This document shows positions 33,207 to 41,206 of a stretch of DNA of 44,221 bases, piece after piece. The DNA is from a virus, in IMG/VR virus record IMGVR_UViG_3300047160_000952; one strand, written 5' to 3'. Position numbers and translations under genes: made by a program. Position 1 is the stretch's first letter. Each line of letters opens with the position of its first letter. The notes beneath the pieces are model-generated. The model ran no database searches. It was not told the origin of the DNA and saw nothing but the letters and a program-made list of their open reading frames with translations.

Positions 33207-35519
33207 TCAGAGGATTTCCTCCTGAGCCTTCAGGCGCAACCAAGTGCGGCCCATCTTGGTGATGCGCACCTGATTTTGACCGCCGCTGGACTCCATCTCG
33301 ATCCAGTCTTTCTCCGTGTACAACTCCAACAACGCCTTGATACGGCGACGGTGAATGTGTGCGCCAATGGACACCTGCGACTGGCTGATGAAGTCGTCAT
33401 GTTCTGCGAGGAACGCCAGCACAGCCTGCGCGCTGGACATGTCACGGAACTCTTCGTCTTGCATGACCTGCCGTTGCTTGGCTTCAGCGAGTTGGTGTGC
33501 TTCAAGGCGCACGAGTTCGGGACGGGGCATGAGCAAGGCTCCTTTGCGTTCGAAGATGTGAGTGCCCAGAGGGGCGGAGTAGTTGTGCTTGACATGTTTG
33601 AAGACCGCGTACCGCGCGACGGTCTCAGCCGTTGCGGGCAGGCCGTAGTTCAGTGCGTCCTTCATGGGCATGGACACCAAGACACCCACCGACCGCGCGT
33701 TGTCGGCAAAGCTGCTGGCGCCGCGCAAAGCTCCTTGGTTGATCTCGTCCAGCTGTGCCCAGGAGCCGGCCTTGGACATGTGGTGCAGCACCATGACCGC
33801 GCAGTTGGCCTGCTTGGCAATGACCGTCAGGGTCTGCATGTACGCGGCCATGTCGGCGATGTTGTTCTCGTCGAGCTGGTGGGTGTACACCGCCGGGTCA
33901 AGGATCAAGAGCTTTACCTTGTTGCGCGTCAGGAAGCCTATGAGCCAGTTGACGCGCTCTGTGCGCTCGGGCGTCTCGAAGCGGTCGGACTTGGTGAGGA
34001 TGAGCCACGAGGCCGCGTCGTCATCGGCCGCGTACATCAGCAGGTTCTGGGCGAGCGTGCCACGCACGTCGTACAGCGCGTCGTACACTCCACCGTCTGC
34101 TTCAGCGAGCTGCGTGACCAGAGCGTGAACGCGCTTGTGCATCTCCTGCTTGTCGTCTTCGTACGATACCGCGAGCGACCTGATGGGGCCACTGGGCTTG
34201 AAGGGGCCGAACTCACGACCCATCGCAGCGTAGACCGCCATGTGCAGCGCGAGCATGGACTTGCTGACACCACCGGGGCCAGCAATCACCGTGACTTTGC
34301 CGACCGGGGCCATCTGCTCGATCGCCCATTCACGTGCGACAGGCTCGGTGGCAAGGTACTGCAGCAGGTTCGCCTTCTCGAGGAACGTGGCGTCATCGTC
34401 CAGCACACCAGCCTCGGCCTGTTCTGCGGCCGACATGTAGTCGTTCTCACGCAAGAACCTGACGAGCGTGCCCATGGTCAGATGAGGCTGTCCGTCCGTG
34501 TCGGGCGCGGTGTCGAAGCACTTGACAGCGGCGCGTGGATTGCCGTCGTAGTTCGCCTCGTAGTACACGGTCTGCGTGTCGTTCTCGGAGTCATGCTCGT
34601 CAAGGAACGGACAGACGATGTAGTGCATGCCCTTGTGCTTGGGGTTCTCGCGCAGGTACAGGCCGGCTACCTTGATGGCTTGCAGGACGAGATCAGCCTT
34701 TGCCTCAGCACGTGCAAGTCCGTCTTTGGCGTCGTCAGCCGCAGTGTCCCAATCGGCAACATCGCGTGCGTCAGACCGCTCGGAAACCGTGCCCTTGCTT
34801 GCGACAGTTCGCCAAGGCTTGCCCTGATGGTAGCTTTCGTAGTACGAACCGCCGTCGAGCTGGGCCGGTAGGTACATGGCCTGCGAGAGTACCCAGCTCT
34901 CGGGTTGAGTCCATTCCTCGACGCCCAGTTTCTTCGCGGCTGACAGCGTGCTTGCTCGTAGAGCCGCCACTGCATGTTCCACTCCGCCATCAGCTGCTGG
35001 GTCGATTGGTTGGCCGAGGGGGAGCACAACTCGGAACCGAGGAGCATCATCTGTGTGGGATAGGCTGGTGTAGACCCAGCCTTCGCCGCCCAGCTCCTCA
35101 AGGCGCTGCGCAACGAGTTCAGGGCTTGGCGGAGGAACATCGTGGTCTCCTTGTTCGATGTCGAGGGTCAGGTAGGTGCGTGCCTTGACGTGCGTGTCGT
35201 CGCGCTTGCGGCAGGTGCCACCGACGAAGTACGGCAGGTGCCGCTTGACGTTGCCCTTCTCACGCTTCGACATACCTTGATAGGTATCGAAGTCGGTGTC
35301 GACTTGCAACGGTTCGTGGAAGGAGTCACGCAGGTCAGCGAGTGTCGCGTCCTCACCACTGAGCCGTGGCTTGGTGTTCGCGACGCCACCTTGCGTGACG
35401 TAGCTGTAGGGGTTGGCTGGCATGGGTTCGTGGCTGTCGTTGGTGTAGGCTGGGAGGCCGTATTGTGGGCGACCGGTTCCAGGGGTAGTTCCAGGGGTGC
35501 TACCAGTGGTATCTGGCAC
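33207..35519 (-). CDS. Primase-helicase: AEP prim-pol-like N-terminus, RepA/AAA_25-like P-loop helicase core, C-terminal winged-helix
   Basis: YLTLDIEQGD, YTSLSHT and RVVLPL resemble AEP motifs. Walker A is VIAGPGGVSKSMLAL, Walker B LLILDP, followed by VMVLHHMSKAG. The C-terminal ~80 aa look like a wHTH. The start is uncertain (GTG 35519 or ATG 35423). Confidence 0.9.
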   Translation of the reverse strand: MPDTTGSTPGTTPGTGRPQYGLPAYTNDSHEPMPANPYSYVTQGGVANTKPRLSGEDATLADLRDSFHEPLQVDTDFDTYQGMSKREKGNVKRHLPYFVGGTCRKRDDTHVKARTYLTLDIEQGDHDVPPPSPELVAQRLEELGGEGWVYTSLSHTDDAPRFRVVLPLGQPIDPAADGGVEHAVAALRASTLSAAKKLGVEEWTQPESWVLSQAMYLPAQLDGGSYYESYHQGKPWRTVASKGTVSERSDARDVADWDTAADDAKDGLARAEAKADLVLQAIKVAGLYLRENPKHKGMHYIVCPFLDEHDSENDTQTVYYEANYDGNPRAAVKCFDTAPDTDGQPHLTMGTLVRFLRENDYMSAAEQAEAGVLDDDATFLEKANLLQYLATEPVAREWAIEQMAPVGKVTVIAGPGGVSKSMLALHMAVYAAMGREFGPFKPSGPIRSLAVSYEDDKQEMHKRVHALVTQLAEADGGVYDALYDVRGTLAQNLLMYAADDDAASWLILTKSDRFETPERTERVNWLIGFLTRNKVKLLILDPAVYTHQLDENNIADMAAYMQTLTVIAKQANCAVMVLHHMSKAGSWAQLDEINQGALRGASSFADNARSVGVLVSMPMKDALNYGLPATAETVARYAVFKHVKHNYSAPLGTHIFERKGALLMPRPELVRLEAHQLAEAKQRQVMQDEEFRDMSSAQAVLAFLAEHDDFISQSQVSIGAHIHRRRIKALLELYTEKDWIEMESSGGQNQVRITKMGRTWLRLKAQEEIL
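35475..35498. repeat. Tandem GTTCCAGGGGT repeats; 35475-35492 is the exact inverted copy of 33181-33198
   Basis: GGTTCCAGGGGTAGTTCC at 35475-35492 is the reverse complement of GGAACTACCCCTGGAACC at 33181-33198. Confidence 0.85.
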
Positions 35520-35685
35520 CTATGGCCGACCCATGCGACACTGGCGTCACTCCACGGGAATGGGGTGTTGTCAAGGGTTCGCTCGTACCTCCCTGATCAG
35601 GTCGTCATGACTCGCCAGTTAGGCCGGTTCATCGCAAGGTGGCCGGCCTTCTTTTTCGCCTGAAGACCCTACATCAAGAAGGCTC

Positions 35686-35714
35686 TTGTGAAGGTCGAGT
35701 TGTTCGCGCATCAT
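35686..35714 (+). promoter_or_regulatory. Sigma70-like early promoter candidate (TTGTGA-17-CATCAT) inside a conserved repeat
   Basis: It lies in the divergent control region. The surrounding sequence is conserved with 7471..7545, including the upstream TCAAGAAGGyTCTTG palindrome. Confidence 0.4.
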
Positions 35715-35748
35715 GAACGCACTGACTCAACGAACTAAGGTAAACGAC

Positions 35749-36078
35749 ATGCAACGCTACGTTATTGAAACCAAGCAGATCGATGGTGGTGTGTGGCTGG
35801 CCCCGTGGAAGAACGGCAATCACACTGCCCGCAGCAAGGCCGCTGCACTGGTGGCGATGCGCACTGCTAACACCATCAACGCTTGTCCCAAGCGTGTTGT
35901 GGACACCAAGACGGGCAAGGTCATTGCCACCATCGGTGATGACGAAGCGTGGGCTGAATATGCGGCTCGTTGCCAGCAGATTCGCCAAGATCGGGAAACC
36001 AAGGCGTTCAACTACGACGCGCCGCTGAACTCCGAGTTCCTGGGTGCTGCCAAGCCTCGCGCTGGTGAAGACTACTGA
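35749..36078 (+). CDS. Hypothetical protein (109 aa; track ORF starts at 35713)
   Basis: An AAGG lies 8 nt upstream of the ATG at 35749. Codons 35713-35748 have low GC3 and overlap the conserved promoter/leader repeat. Confidence 0.75.
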   Translation: MQRYVIETKQIDGGVWLAPWKNGNHTARSKAAALVAMRTANTINACPKRVVDTKTGKVIATIGDDEAWAEYAARCQQIRQDRETKAFNYDAPLNSEFLGAAKPRAGEDY

Positions 36079-36079
36079 C

Positions 36080-36250
36080 ATGGCACCGCAGCGCCTGAGT
36101 CCCTTGTTCGCGACTGACCCCCGCGTGCTGCGGGTGGTCAGCAGCCGGCTCAATCTGATCCGCGCCTTTAGTATCGAAGCGGCTTCGCGACAAGACCCCA
36201 AGTCCAAGAAGGTTTCTCGAAGTCGGTCAAAGAAGGCCGCAACAAAATAG
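36080..36250 (+). CDS. Possible small basic protein (56 aa)
   Basis: The ATG lies 1 nt after the upstream stop. GC3 bias holds only in the first two thirds, and the 3' end overlaps a regulatory-repeat copy. Confidence 0.35.
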   Translation: MAPQRLSPLFATDPRVLRVVSSRLNLIRAFSIEAASRQDPKSKKVSRSRSKKAATK

Positions 36251-36272
36251 CCGTGTAAGTACGGAGGGTACC

Positions 36273-36488
36273 ATGAACGACAGCAACACCGTCATCCTGG
36301 GCAAACCGTTGAAACGTCTGATCGGCGCGACGCGCTGGCATGACGTCATGCACACCCCGGTGCAAGTCAGCGCAGAGACCTGGGTTCGTTTCGTCGCCGT
36401 CATGGGGCTCGAACGCAAAGGTTCGAACCTGTGGACTGATGGCACCTGTGAGTACATGTTCGAAAGAAGGAGAGATGACCGTGCGTAA
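36273..36488 (+). CDS. Hypothetical protein (71 aa)
   Basis: A strong RBS (GGAGGG) lies 5 nt upstream of the ATG. Confidence 0.75.
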   Translation: MNDSNTVILGKPLKRLIGATRWHDVMHTPVQVSAETWVRFVAVMGLERKGSNLWTDGTCEYMFERRRDDRA

Positions 36489-36702
36489 CACCGCTTCGAA
36501 AGACAAGAACGTGCGCCTCGTGCGTGCATACCACACGGCGACCGAGACCACCATGGAGTATACGGGCTACGGCTTCACTCTATGGGTGAAGCACACCAAG
36601 GATACGCAAGGGTGGCGCGTCCAAGGCGTCCCCGGCACGCACAAGAAGTCGGCTGCCATCGCCCTTGTAGCCAAGGCGCTGTTTGATCTGCAGGGGGTCT
36701 GA
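36475..36702 (+). CDS. Hypothetical protein (75 aa)
   Basis: An AAGGAGAG RBS lies immediately upstream of the ATG at 36475. Only the 3' part of track ORF 36340..36702 is used. Confidence 0.75.
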   Translation: MTVRNTASKDKNVRLVRAYHTATETTMEYTGYGFTLWVKHTKDTQGWRVQGVPGTHKKSAAIALVAKALFDLQGV

Positions 36703-36704
36703 CC

Positions 36705-36878
36705 GTGTCGGACTTCGAAGCGTGGTTGCTGGTGACGGCGTGCAGCTTTCTAGGCTACGTCTCGCTGCGCTGGCTCGTCGTACACCTGTACATCTTCATC
36801 CGCCTGATCATCTACTTCACCGTCTACGCTGGCGCGGCGCGCATCTTCCGCACGCTGCGCGGGCGCAACTGGAAGTAA
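36705..36878 (+). CDS. Small membrane protein (57 aa, below the track cutoff)
   Basis: GTG start after GGGGG. It encodes SDFEAWLLVTACSFLGYVSLRWLVVHLYIFIRLIIYFTVYAGAARIFRTLRGRNWK with strong GC3. The competing track ORF 36683..36904 is Arg/Leu-rich wrong-frame sequence. Confidence 0.6.
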   Translation: MSDFEAWLLVTACSFLGYVSLRWLVVHLYIFIRLIIYFTVYAGAARIFRTLRGRNWK

Positions 36879-36942
36879 GAAACTTCTGTAGAAGGGTCTT
36901 CTGAACACGCGATACTTCCTCATACCCCACATGGAGACCGTC

Positions 36943-37380
36943 ATGCTCAAGACCCTGCTGCTTCTTCTGCTCGCCGCGCTGTCGTCCATCGAAGATCACG
37001 ACCCGGCGCGAGTCACCCGCATTCGCACCCGCGCTGAGGTCAGCGGCAGCCGCATCAAGCGTGATGGCGACACGGACGAGCACGAAGACATCGTACCCAC
37101 GCGCAACGAAACACAAGTGGTCGTGGTGTTGATGCAGTACGACACGCCGAAGGCCGTCGTCCACGCTTGCCAGAAAATGGGCGCGTGGCCTGGCTGGACG
37201 GACACGCAGGTGCTGGCGGGTCATCCGGCCCCGGGTTGCAATTCGTTCGACCCTAGCACTAAGGTGTGCACCATTCATACGCTGCGCCCCCGCTTCGTCG
37301 AAGACGACGACCGCATGGCCAACGCAGGGCATGAGCTGCTGCACTGCTTCGAAGGCGCGTACCACAAACAAGACGCATAA
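36943..37380 (+). CDS. Secreted/exported small protein with an HExxH motif (zincin-like candidate)
   Basis: Signal-peptide-like MLKTLLLLLLAALSS. C-terminal NAGHELLHCFEGAYH. A GGAG lies 6 nt upstream of the ATG at 36943 (track start 36931). Confidence 0.75.
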   Translation: MLKTLLLLLLAALSSIEDHDPARVTRIRTRAEVSGSRIKRDGDTDEHEDIVPTRNETQVVVVLMQYDTPKAVVHACQKMGAWPGWTDTQVLAGHPAPGCNSFDPSTKVCTIHTLRPRFVEDDDRMANAGHELLHCFEGAYHKQDA

Positions 37381-37439
37381 GAACCCGCGCTGTCGAGCCG
37401 CGTGACGCTCGACGAACTGCCCATTCCCAAGGATGAACC

Positions 37440-38450
37440 ATGACGACGATTTTCAAGTTCCCTGAGTACGAGCAACACCCCATCGCCGCTGAGCTGATGC
37501 CGGGTGGCATGGACGAGCAAGAGTTCGAAGGCTTCGCCGAGGACATCGGCGAGCGCGGTGTGCTCATGCCCATCAGCCTGTTCGAAGGCAAGGTGCTGGA
37601 CGGATGGCACCGTTACCGCGCCGCTCGCCAGCATCAGTGCGCGTTCAAGACCGTCGAGTACACCGGCAAAGACCCTGCCGGCTACATCGCGTCGGTGAAC
37701 GTGCTGCGCCGCAAGCTGGGCTCGCTGCAGCGCGCGCTGGTCGGTTGCAAGCTGCACCGCGAGCACGGATACACCCAGCGCAACGCGTGCAAGAAACTGG
37801 GCATCTCGAACGAAGTGCTGACGCTCGTCCTGCGCGCCATGGACTCGAAGAACGCCAAGCTCGTCAAGCGTATCGAGACCGACAGCGATTTCACGCGCGG
37901 CATGCTCCGTGAAGAGTTGGAGGACGCTGGCCTGATGCGCACCAAGAAGGTCGAAGCAGCCCCCGCCGCTCCGAACTCCGTGTTCGACACCAAGGCCATG
38001 CTGTCCAGCGCTGCCGCATCCGCCGGTCTGGACGACGTTCTGGGCCGCGCTACCGATGGTAGCGACGACGGAGAGGACGACACGGACGACCTACTGAGTG
38101 TCCCCGACACGGGCAAGCGGCGCACGCACCCCGAGCGCAAAGGGAAGGCCAGTGCGGCTCAGCTTCTGCAGGAAGGGTTCACGGCACTGATGGAGGACGA
38201 AAAGAAGACGTTCCTCGAGATGATCTGGCCCGTAGCCCGTGAGTTGGCCCTGGAGTTGCAGCTGCCCGGCACCAATACGGCCCCGGCCAAGCCCGCAAAG
38301 GCTCCTGCAGAGCGTCGAGCGGCCAATGTGGTGGAGACGTCTACCCCCAGGGCCGGCAAGCGCAAGGACGACGCGCCTACGACCCCGCTCGACGTACTGA
38401 AGAAGGCCGTCAAGACCAGTCCGGCGACGAAGGCCAAGAAGTCGGCCTGA
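37440..38450 (+). CDS. ParB-like nuclease (ParB/Srx N-terminal) domain protein with a low-complexity C-terminus
   Basis: LFEGKVLDGWHRYRAA is the ParB/Srx-fold signature. An HTH-like KKLGISNEVL segment is present. RBS is AAGGA. Confidence 0.85.
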   Translation: MTTIFKFPEYEQHPIAAELMPGGMDEQEFEGFAEDIGERGVLMPISLFEGKVLDGWHRYRAARQHQCAFKTVEYTGKDPAGYIASVNVLRRKLGSLQRALVGCKLHREHGYTQRNACKKLGISNEVLTLVLRAMDSKNAKLVKRIETDSDFTRGMLREELEDAGLMRTKKVEAAPAAPNSVFDTKAMLSSAAASAGLDDVLGRATDGSDDGEDDTDDLLSVPDTGKRRTHPERKGKASAAQLLQEGFTALMEDEKKTFLEMIWPVARELALELQLPGTNTAPAKPAKAPAERRAANVVETSTPRAGKRKDDAPTTPLDVLKKAVKTSPATKAKKSA

Positions 38451-38514
38451 GCCACACTGCATACCCACGCCGACGCGGCCCCGGCATCACGGGCCGCACA
38501 CAACGGAGAACCCA

Positions 38515-39138
38515 ATGGACAAGAAGTACCTCACCAAGCTGGCCGAGCAGATGGACGAAGCCGCGCAGGTGTTCATCGCCATGTCCGGCACCTTTCGAGC
38601 TGCCGCTGGCGGCACTGCGAGTGGCGGAGTCAATGGCAAGGCTGGCGGCGGGGCCGCTGCCAAGACCGCCAAGGGCAAGCCCGAACCGGACGACACCGGC
38701 AGCGACGACGCGGTCGACATCGAAGCCGTCCGCGAGAAGCTGAAGGAGCTGGCCGAGACCAAGGGCAAAGAAGCGATGGTCGCCGCGCTGGCCGAGGTCG
38801 GCGCCGCCAAGCTGGCCGAGGTCGACGAGTCGCAGTACCAGGAGCTGTTCGACAAGGCGCAGGAGCTGCTCGACGCCGAGGACGAAGAGCCGGCCAAGCC
38901 CGCTGCCAAGAAGCCGGCCGGCAAGAAGCCCGCTGCCAAGAAGGGGCCGACCCTCGAGGAAGTGCAGGCCGCTGCCAGCGCGCTGATCGAGGCCGACAAG
39001 CCCGCCTACCTGAAGCTCGCCAAGAAGTTCGGCAAGCCCAGCGAGGCCGAGGAGTCCGCCTACCCGGCCATGATCAAGGCGTACGAGGCCGCGATGCCCG
39101 CCGCCGAGGAAGAAGCCGGCGACGACGACCTGCTCTGA
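38515..39138 (+). CDS. Lys/Ala/Glu-rich protein with an acidic C-terminal tail (..AGDDDLL)
   Basis: RBS context is AACGGAGAACCCAATG. It has an AKPAAKKPAGKKPAAKK tract and a terminal DDDLL resembling the SSB tail. Confidence 0.8.
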   Translation: MDKKYLTKLAEQMDEAAQVFIAMSGTFRAAAGGTASGGVNGKAGGGAAAKTAKGKPEPDDTGSDDAVDIEAVREKLKELAETKGKEAMVAALAEVGAAKLAEVDESQYQELFDKAQELLDAEDEEPAKPAAKKPAGKKPAAKKGPTLEEVQAAASALIEADKPAYLKLAKKFGKPSEAEESAYPAMIKAYEAAMPAAEEEAGDDDLL

Positions 39139-39199
39139 CCGCAGGCTGACGGCCCGGCAGTACACGGGCCACTTCATTCGCAACTGTTAGGAGAACCAA

Positions 39200-39529
39200 G
39201 TGTTCATTCACATCGCCAAGATCGTCGAGCACGCCAACGCGTGGCTCGTGAAGAAAGGCCACGAGCTGGGCAGCGTCGAGCAGAAGGTCGTCCAGGACGT
39301 GATCAACTACATCGGGAGCGCCAGCGAGTTCGAAAACGCCCGGCAGACGCTGGAACGCGCCGGCTACACCGTGCTGCAGCCGCAGGACAAGGATCCCAAC
39401 TACCCGCCCGAGATGCCCAACATGCAGGCGAACGGTATCGTGCCGCTGCCGCATGTCGACGAACCGCCGCCGGGCGCCATGACCGTGGACGGCCAGACGA
39501 CCGCCGAAGCCAAGCCCGACGCCCAGTAG
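39200..39529 (+). CDS. Hypothetical protein (109 aa)
   Basis: AGGAG RBS and a GTG start; followed by a terminator hairpin. Confidence 0.75.
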   Translation: MFIHIAKIVEHANAWLVKKGHELGSVEQKVVQDVINYIGSASEFENARQTLERAGYTVLQPQDKDPNYPPEMPNMQANGIVPLPHVDEPPPGAMTVDGQTTAEAKPDAQ

Positions 39530-39554
39530 CACACTGGGAACGGCACTAACCATC

Positions 39555-39579
39555 AGGGGGCTTCGGCCCCCTTCTTTGT
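39555..39579 (+). terminator. Rho-independent terminator/attenuator
   Basis: AGGGGGC-TTCG-GCCCCCT followed by TCTTTGT. Confidence 0.65.
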
Positions 39580-39595
39580 ACACAAGGAGTAGAAC

Positions 39596-39754
39596 ATGCG
39601 AACCCTTGACCCCGTGTCCCCGTCGCTGCCGCGCCCCGTCAGCAGCGTCATCGAAGAGCACCACTTGCAGCAGCTGTTCGGCCGCTTCAAGATGACGCCC
39701 GTGGCGCTCGCCGTCATGGCCCTGCCCATCCTCATCAAGCGGGGTGCGCTGTGA
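39596..39754 (+). CDS. Small hypothetical protein (52 aa, below the track cutoff), hydrophobic C-terminus
   Basis: An AAGGAG RBS lies 6 nt upstream of the ATG. The stop overlaps the next start (GTGA at 39751-39754). Confidence 0.65.
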   Translation: MRTLDPVSPSLPRPVSSVIEEHHLQQLFGRFKMTPVALAVMALPILIKRGAL

Positions 39755-40395
39755 ACCCGGTCATTGTCATCACCATCGTGGCGCTGGCTTTCGCGCTGTT
39801 GTACGTCCTGTTCGCACCTCTGGACAACTGGCGCCGCACGCATGGCCCGCGTCGTGGGTCGCTTAACGACGCGGGAGTCAAGTTCGGCCCCGAGACTGAT
39901 CCGTATGACGACCATTGCTGGCGCGATGCGGAAGTCGGCCAAGTGCGGACGCCGTTCGGCGCACCGAACGGTACTGCAGGCTACGACATCCCAGTCGGCA
40001 CGCAACTGAAGCTGCATGACAAGGAGTTCGTCATCCCGCACCGTGATGAATACCCTTTCGAGAAGGTCAAGACCGTGGACAGCACCATTGACGCGCTGGA
40101 CATGGAGCCGAGCGACTTCTGCGCCGTCAGATACACGGAGCTGATGGGCCGGTTGCGGAGTGGCACGCTGGAACTGCGCGACATGCCTCCGAAGTTGCCC
40201 GTGACATTCGCGATGCTGCTGTCGATGATGATGGAGTTGGTCAGCGCCAACGAACGCAAATGCAACGAGATGCTCGACCGCGTGTTCGCGCTGCTGCACC
40301 GCAAATACGGTACCACGGCGATCAACGCTGTGCCGGAGTCGCGCTATCTGGAGTTGTGGGTCGACCTGAAGCAGATGGAGCGGGGCCGTGGCTGA
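39751..40395 (+). CDS. Hypothetical protein with an N-terminal TM helix (214 aa)
   Basis: NPVIVITIVALAFALLYVLFAPL is followed by a soluble domain; GC3-biased codons. Confidence 0.8.
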   Translation: MNPVIVITIVALAFALLYVLFAPLDNWRRTHGPRRGSLNDAGVKFGPETDPYDDHCWRDAEVGQVRTPFGAPNGTAGYDIPVGTQLKLHDKEFVIPHRDEYPFEKVKTVDSTIDALDMEPSDFCAVRYTELMGRLRSGTLELRDMPPKLPVTFAMLLSMMMELVSANERKCNEMLDRVFALLHRKYGTTAINAVPESRYLELWVDLKQMERGRG

Positions 40396-41149
40396 CCATG
40401 CCATCCTCAGCCCCAGCAGCTCGCACCGATGGCTGGAGTGCCCCGGCAGCGTGCGGGCTAACTGGGGTGTCCACCGGGAGTCCAACGAGCACGCGCTGCT
40501 GGGCACCAGCGCGCACGGGCTGCTGGAGGTATGCCTGCGCCTAGGCACCCAACCGCGCGACCACCTGGGGAGCTTTTTGGCCCCGGGGCACAACGTCGTG
40601 ACGGAGGACATGGCCGACGCCGTCAGCTACGCGCTGGACTACGTCGAAGGCTACGTGGCCAACCACCCCGGCACCGTGGTGCGCGTCGAGCAGCGGCTGG
40701 TCATCGGGCCGCAGGTCGGGTGCAGCGCGGAGGAGTGCTTCGGCAGTGGCGACATCACGCTGACGAACAAGCAAGAAGCCGTGTCGGTGGACTACAAGCA
40801 CGGCACGGGCGCCGCAGTCACGGCGAAGGACAACACCCAGCTACGCATGTACCTGTTAGGCATGCGCAACGAACGTCGCTACCAGCGGTATCGGGGTGTC
40901 ATCGTGCAGCCTCGCCTTCGCGGCCGCAAGCCCGTGCAGGAAGCACCTGCGCTGAGCGACAACCAGTTGATGGCGTGGGCGAACAAGGTCGTGCGTCCGA
41001 TCATCCCTATCGCGCTGTCTGACGATGCGCCACGCAAGGCCGGTAAGTGGTGCTACTACTGCGCCGACTACAACTCATGTCCGGCCCGTGATGACGAACG
41101 GCAGCTGAGCGCACAGAAGGAGTTTGCGAGCACCAGTAGCCTCCTCTGA
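40388..41149 (+). CDS. DUF2800-type PD-(D/E)XK (Cas4-like) nuclease
   Basis: ILSPSSSHRWLECPGS, GTSAH, SGDITL...VDYKHG and the C-terminal Cys cluster WCYYCADYNSCP are as recalled for DUF2800. Confidence 0.85.
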   Translation: MADHAILSPSSSHRWLECPGSVRANWGVHRESNEHALLGTSAHGLLEVCLRLGTQPRDHLGSFLAPGHNVVTEDMADAVSYALDYVEGYVANHPGTVVRVEQRLVIGPQVGCSAEECFGSGDITLTNKQEAVSVDYKHGTGAAVTAKDNTQLRMYLLGMRNERRYQRYRGVIVQPRLRGRKPVQEAPALSDNQLMAWANKVVRPIIPIALSDDAPRKAGKWCYYCADYNSCPARDDERQLSAQKEFASTSSLL

Positions 41150-41206
41150 CCCCACAATGCGCCAGCGGTCGCGTACCGCTATCCCCATCAATCCCCAAGG
41201 AACCAC

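Noticed and set aside
33276-34871. 531-aa + strand ORF opposite the primase-helicase
   Set aside because: Antisense shadow with no motifs. The - strand has Walker A/B and AEP-like motifs.
35621-35658. Hairpin (AGGCCGG ... CCGGCCT) followed by TCTTTTTC on the + strand, just upstream of the early promoter repeat
   Set aside because: It looks like a + strand terminator, but I can identify no + strand transcription unit upstream of it; that region is antisense to the primase-helicase. It may be an insulator or the end of a small antisense RNA. The evidence is too weak to annotate.
36683-36904. 73-aa track ORF (MICRGSDRVGLRS...)
   Set aside because: Its Arg/Leu/His-rich composition lacks GC3 bias. 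The overlapping frame 36705..36878 gives a clean GC3-biased membrane protein and was preferred.
38475-38497. GC hairpin GCGGCCC-N9-GGGCCGC after the ParB-like gene
   Set aside because: No U-tract follows, and the next gene starts 18 nt later. It could be an RNA-stability element but is not convincing as a terminator.
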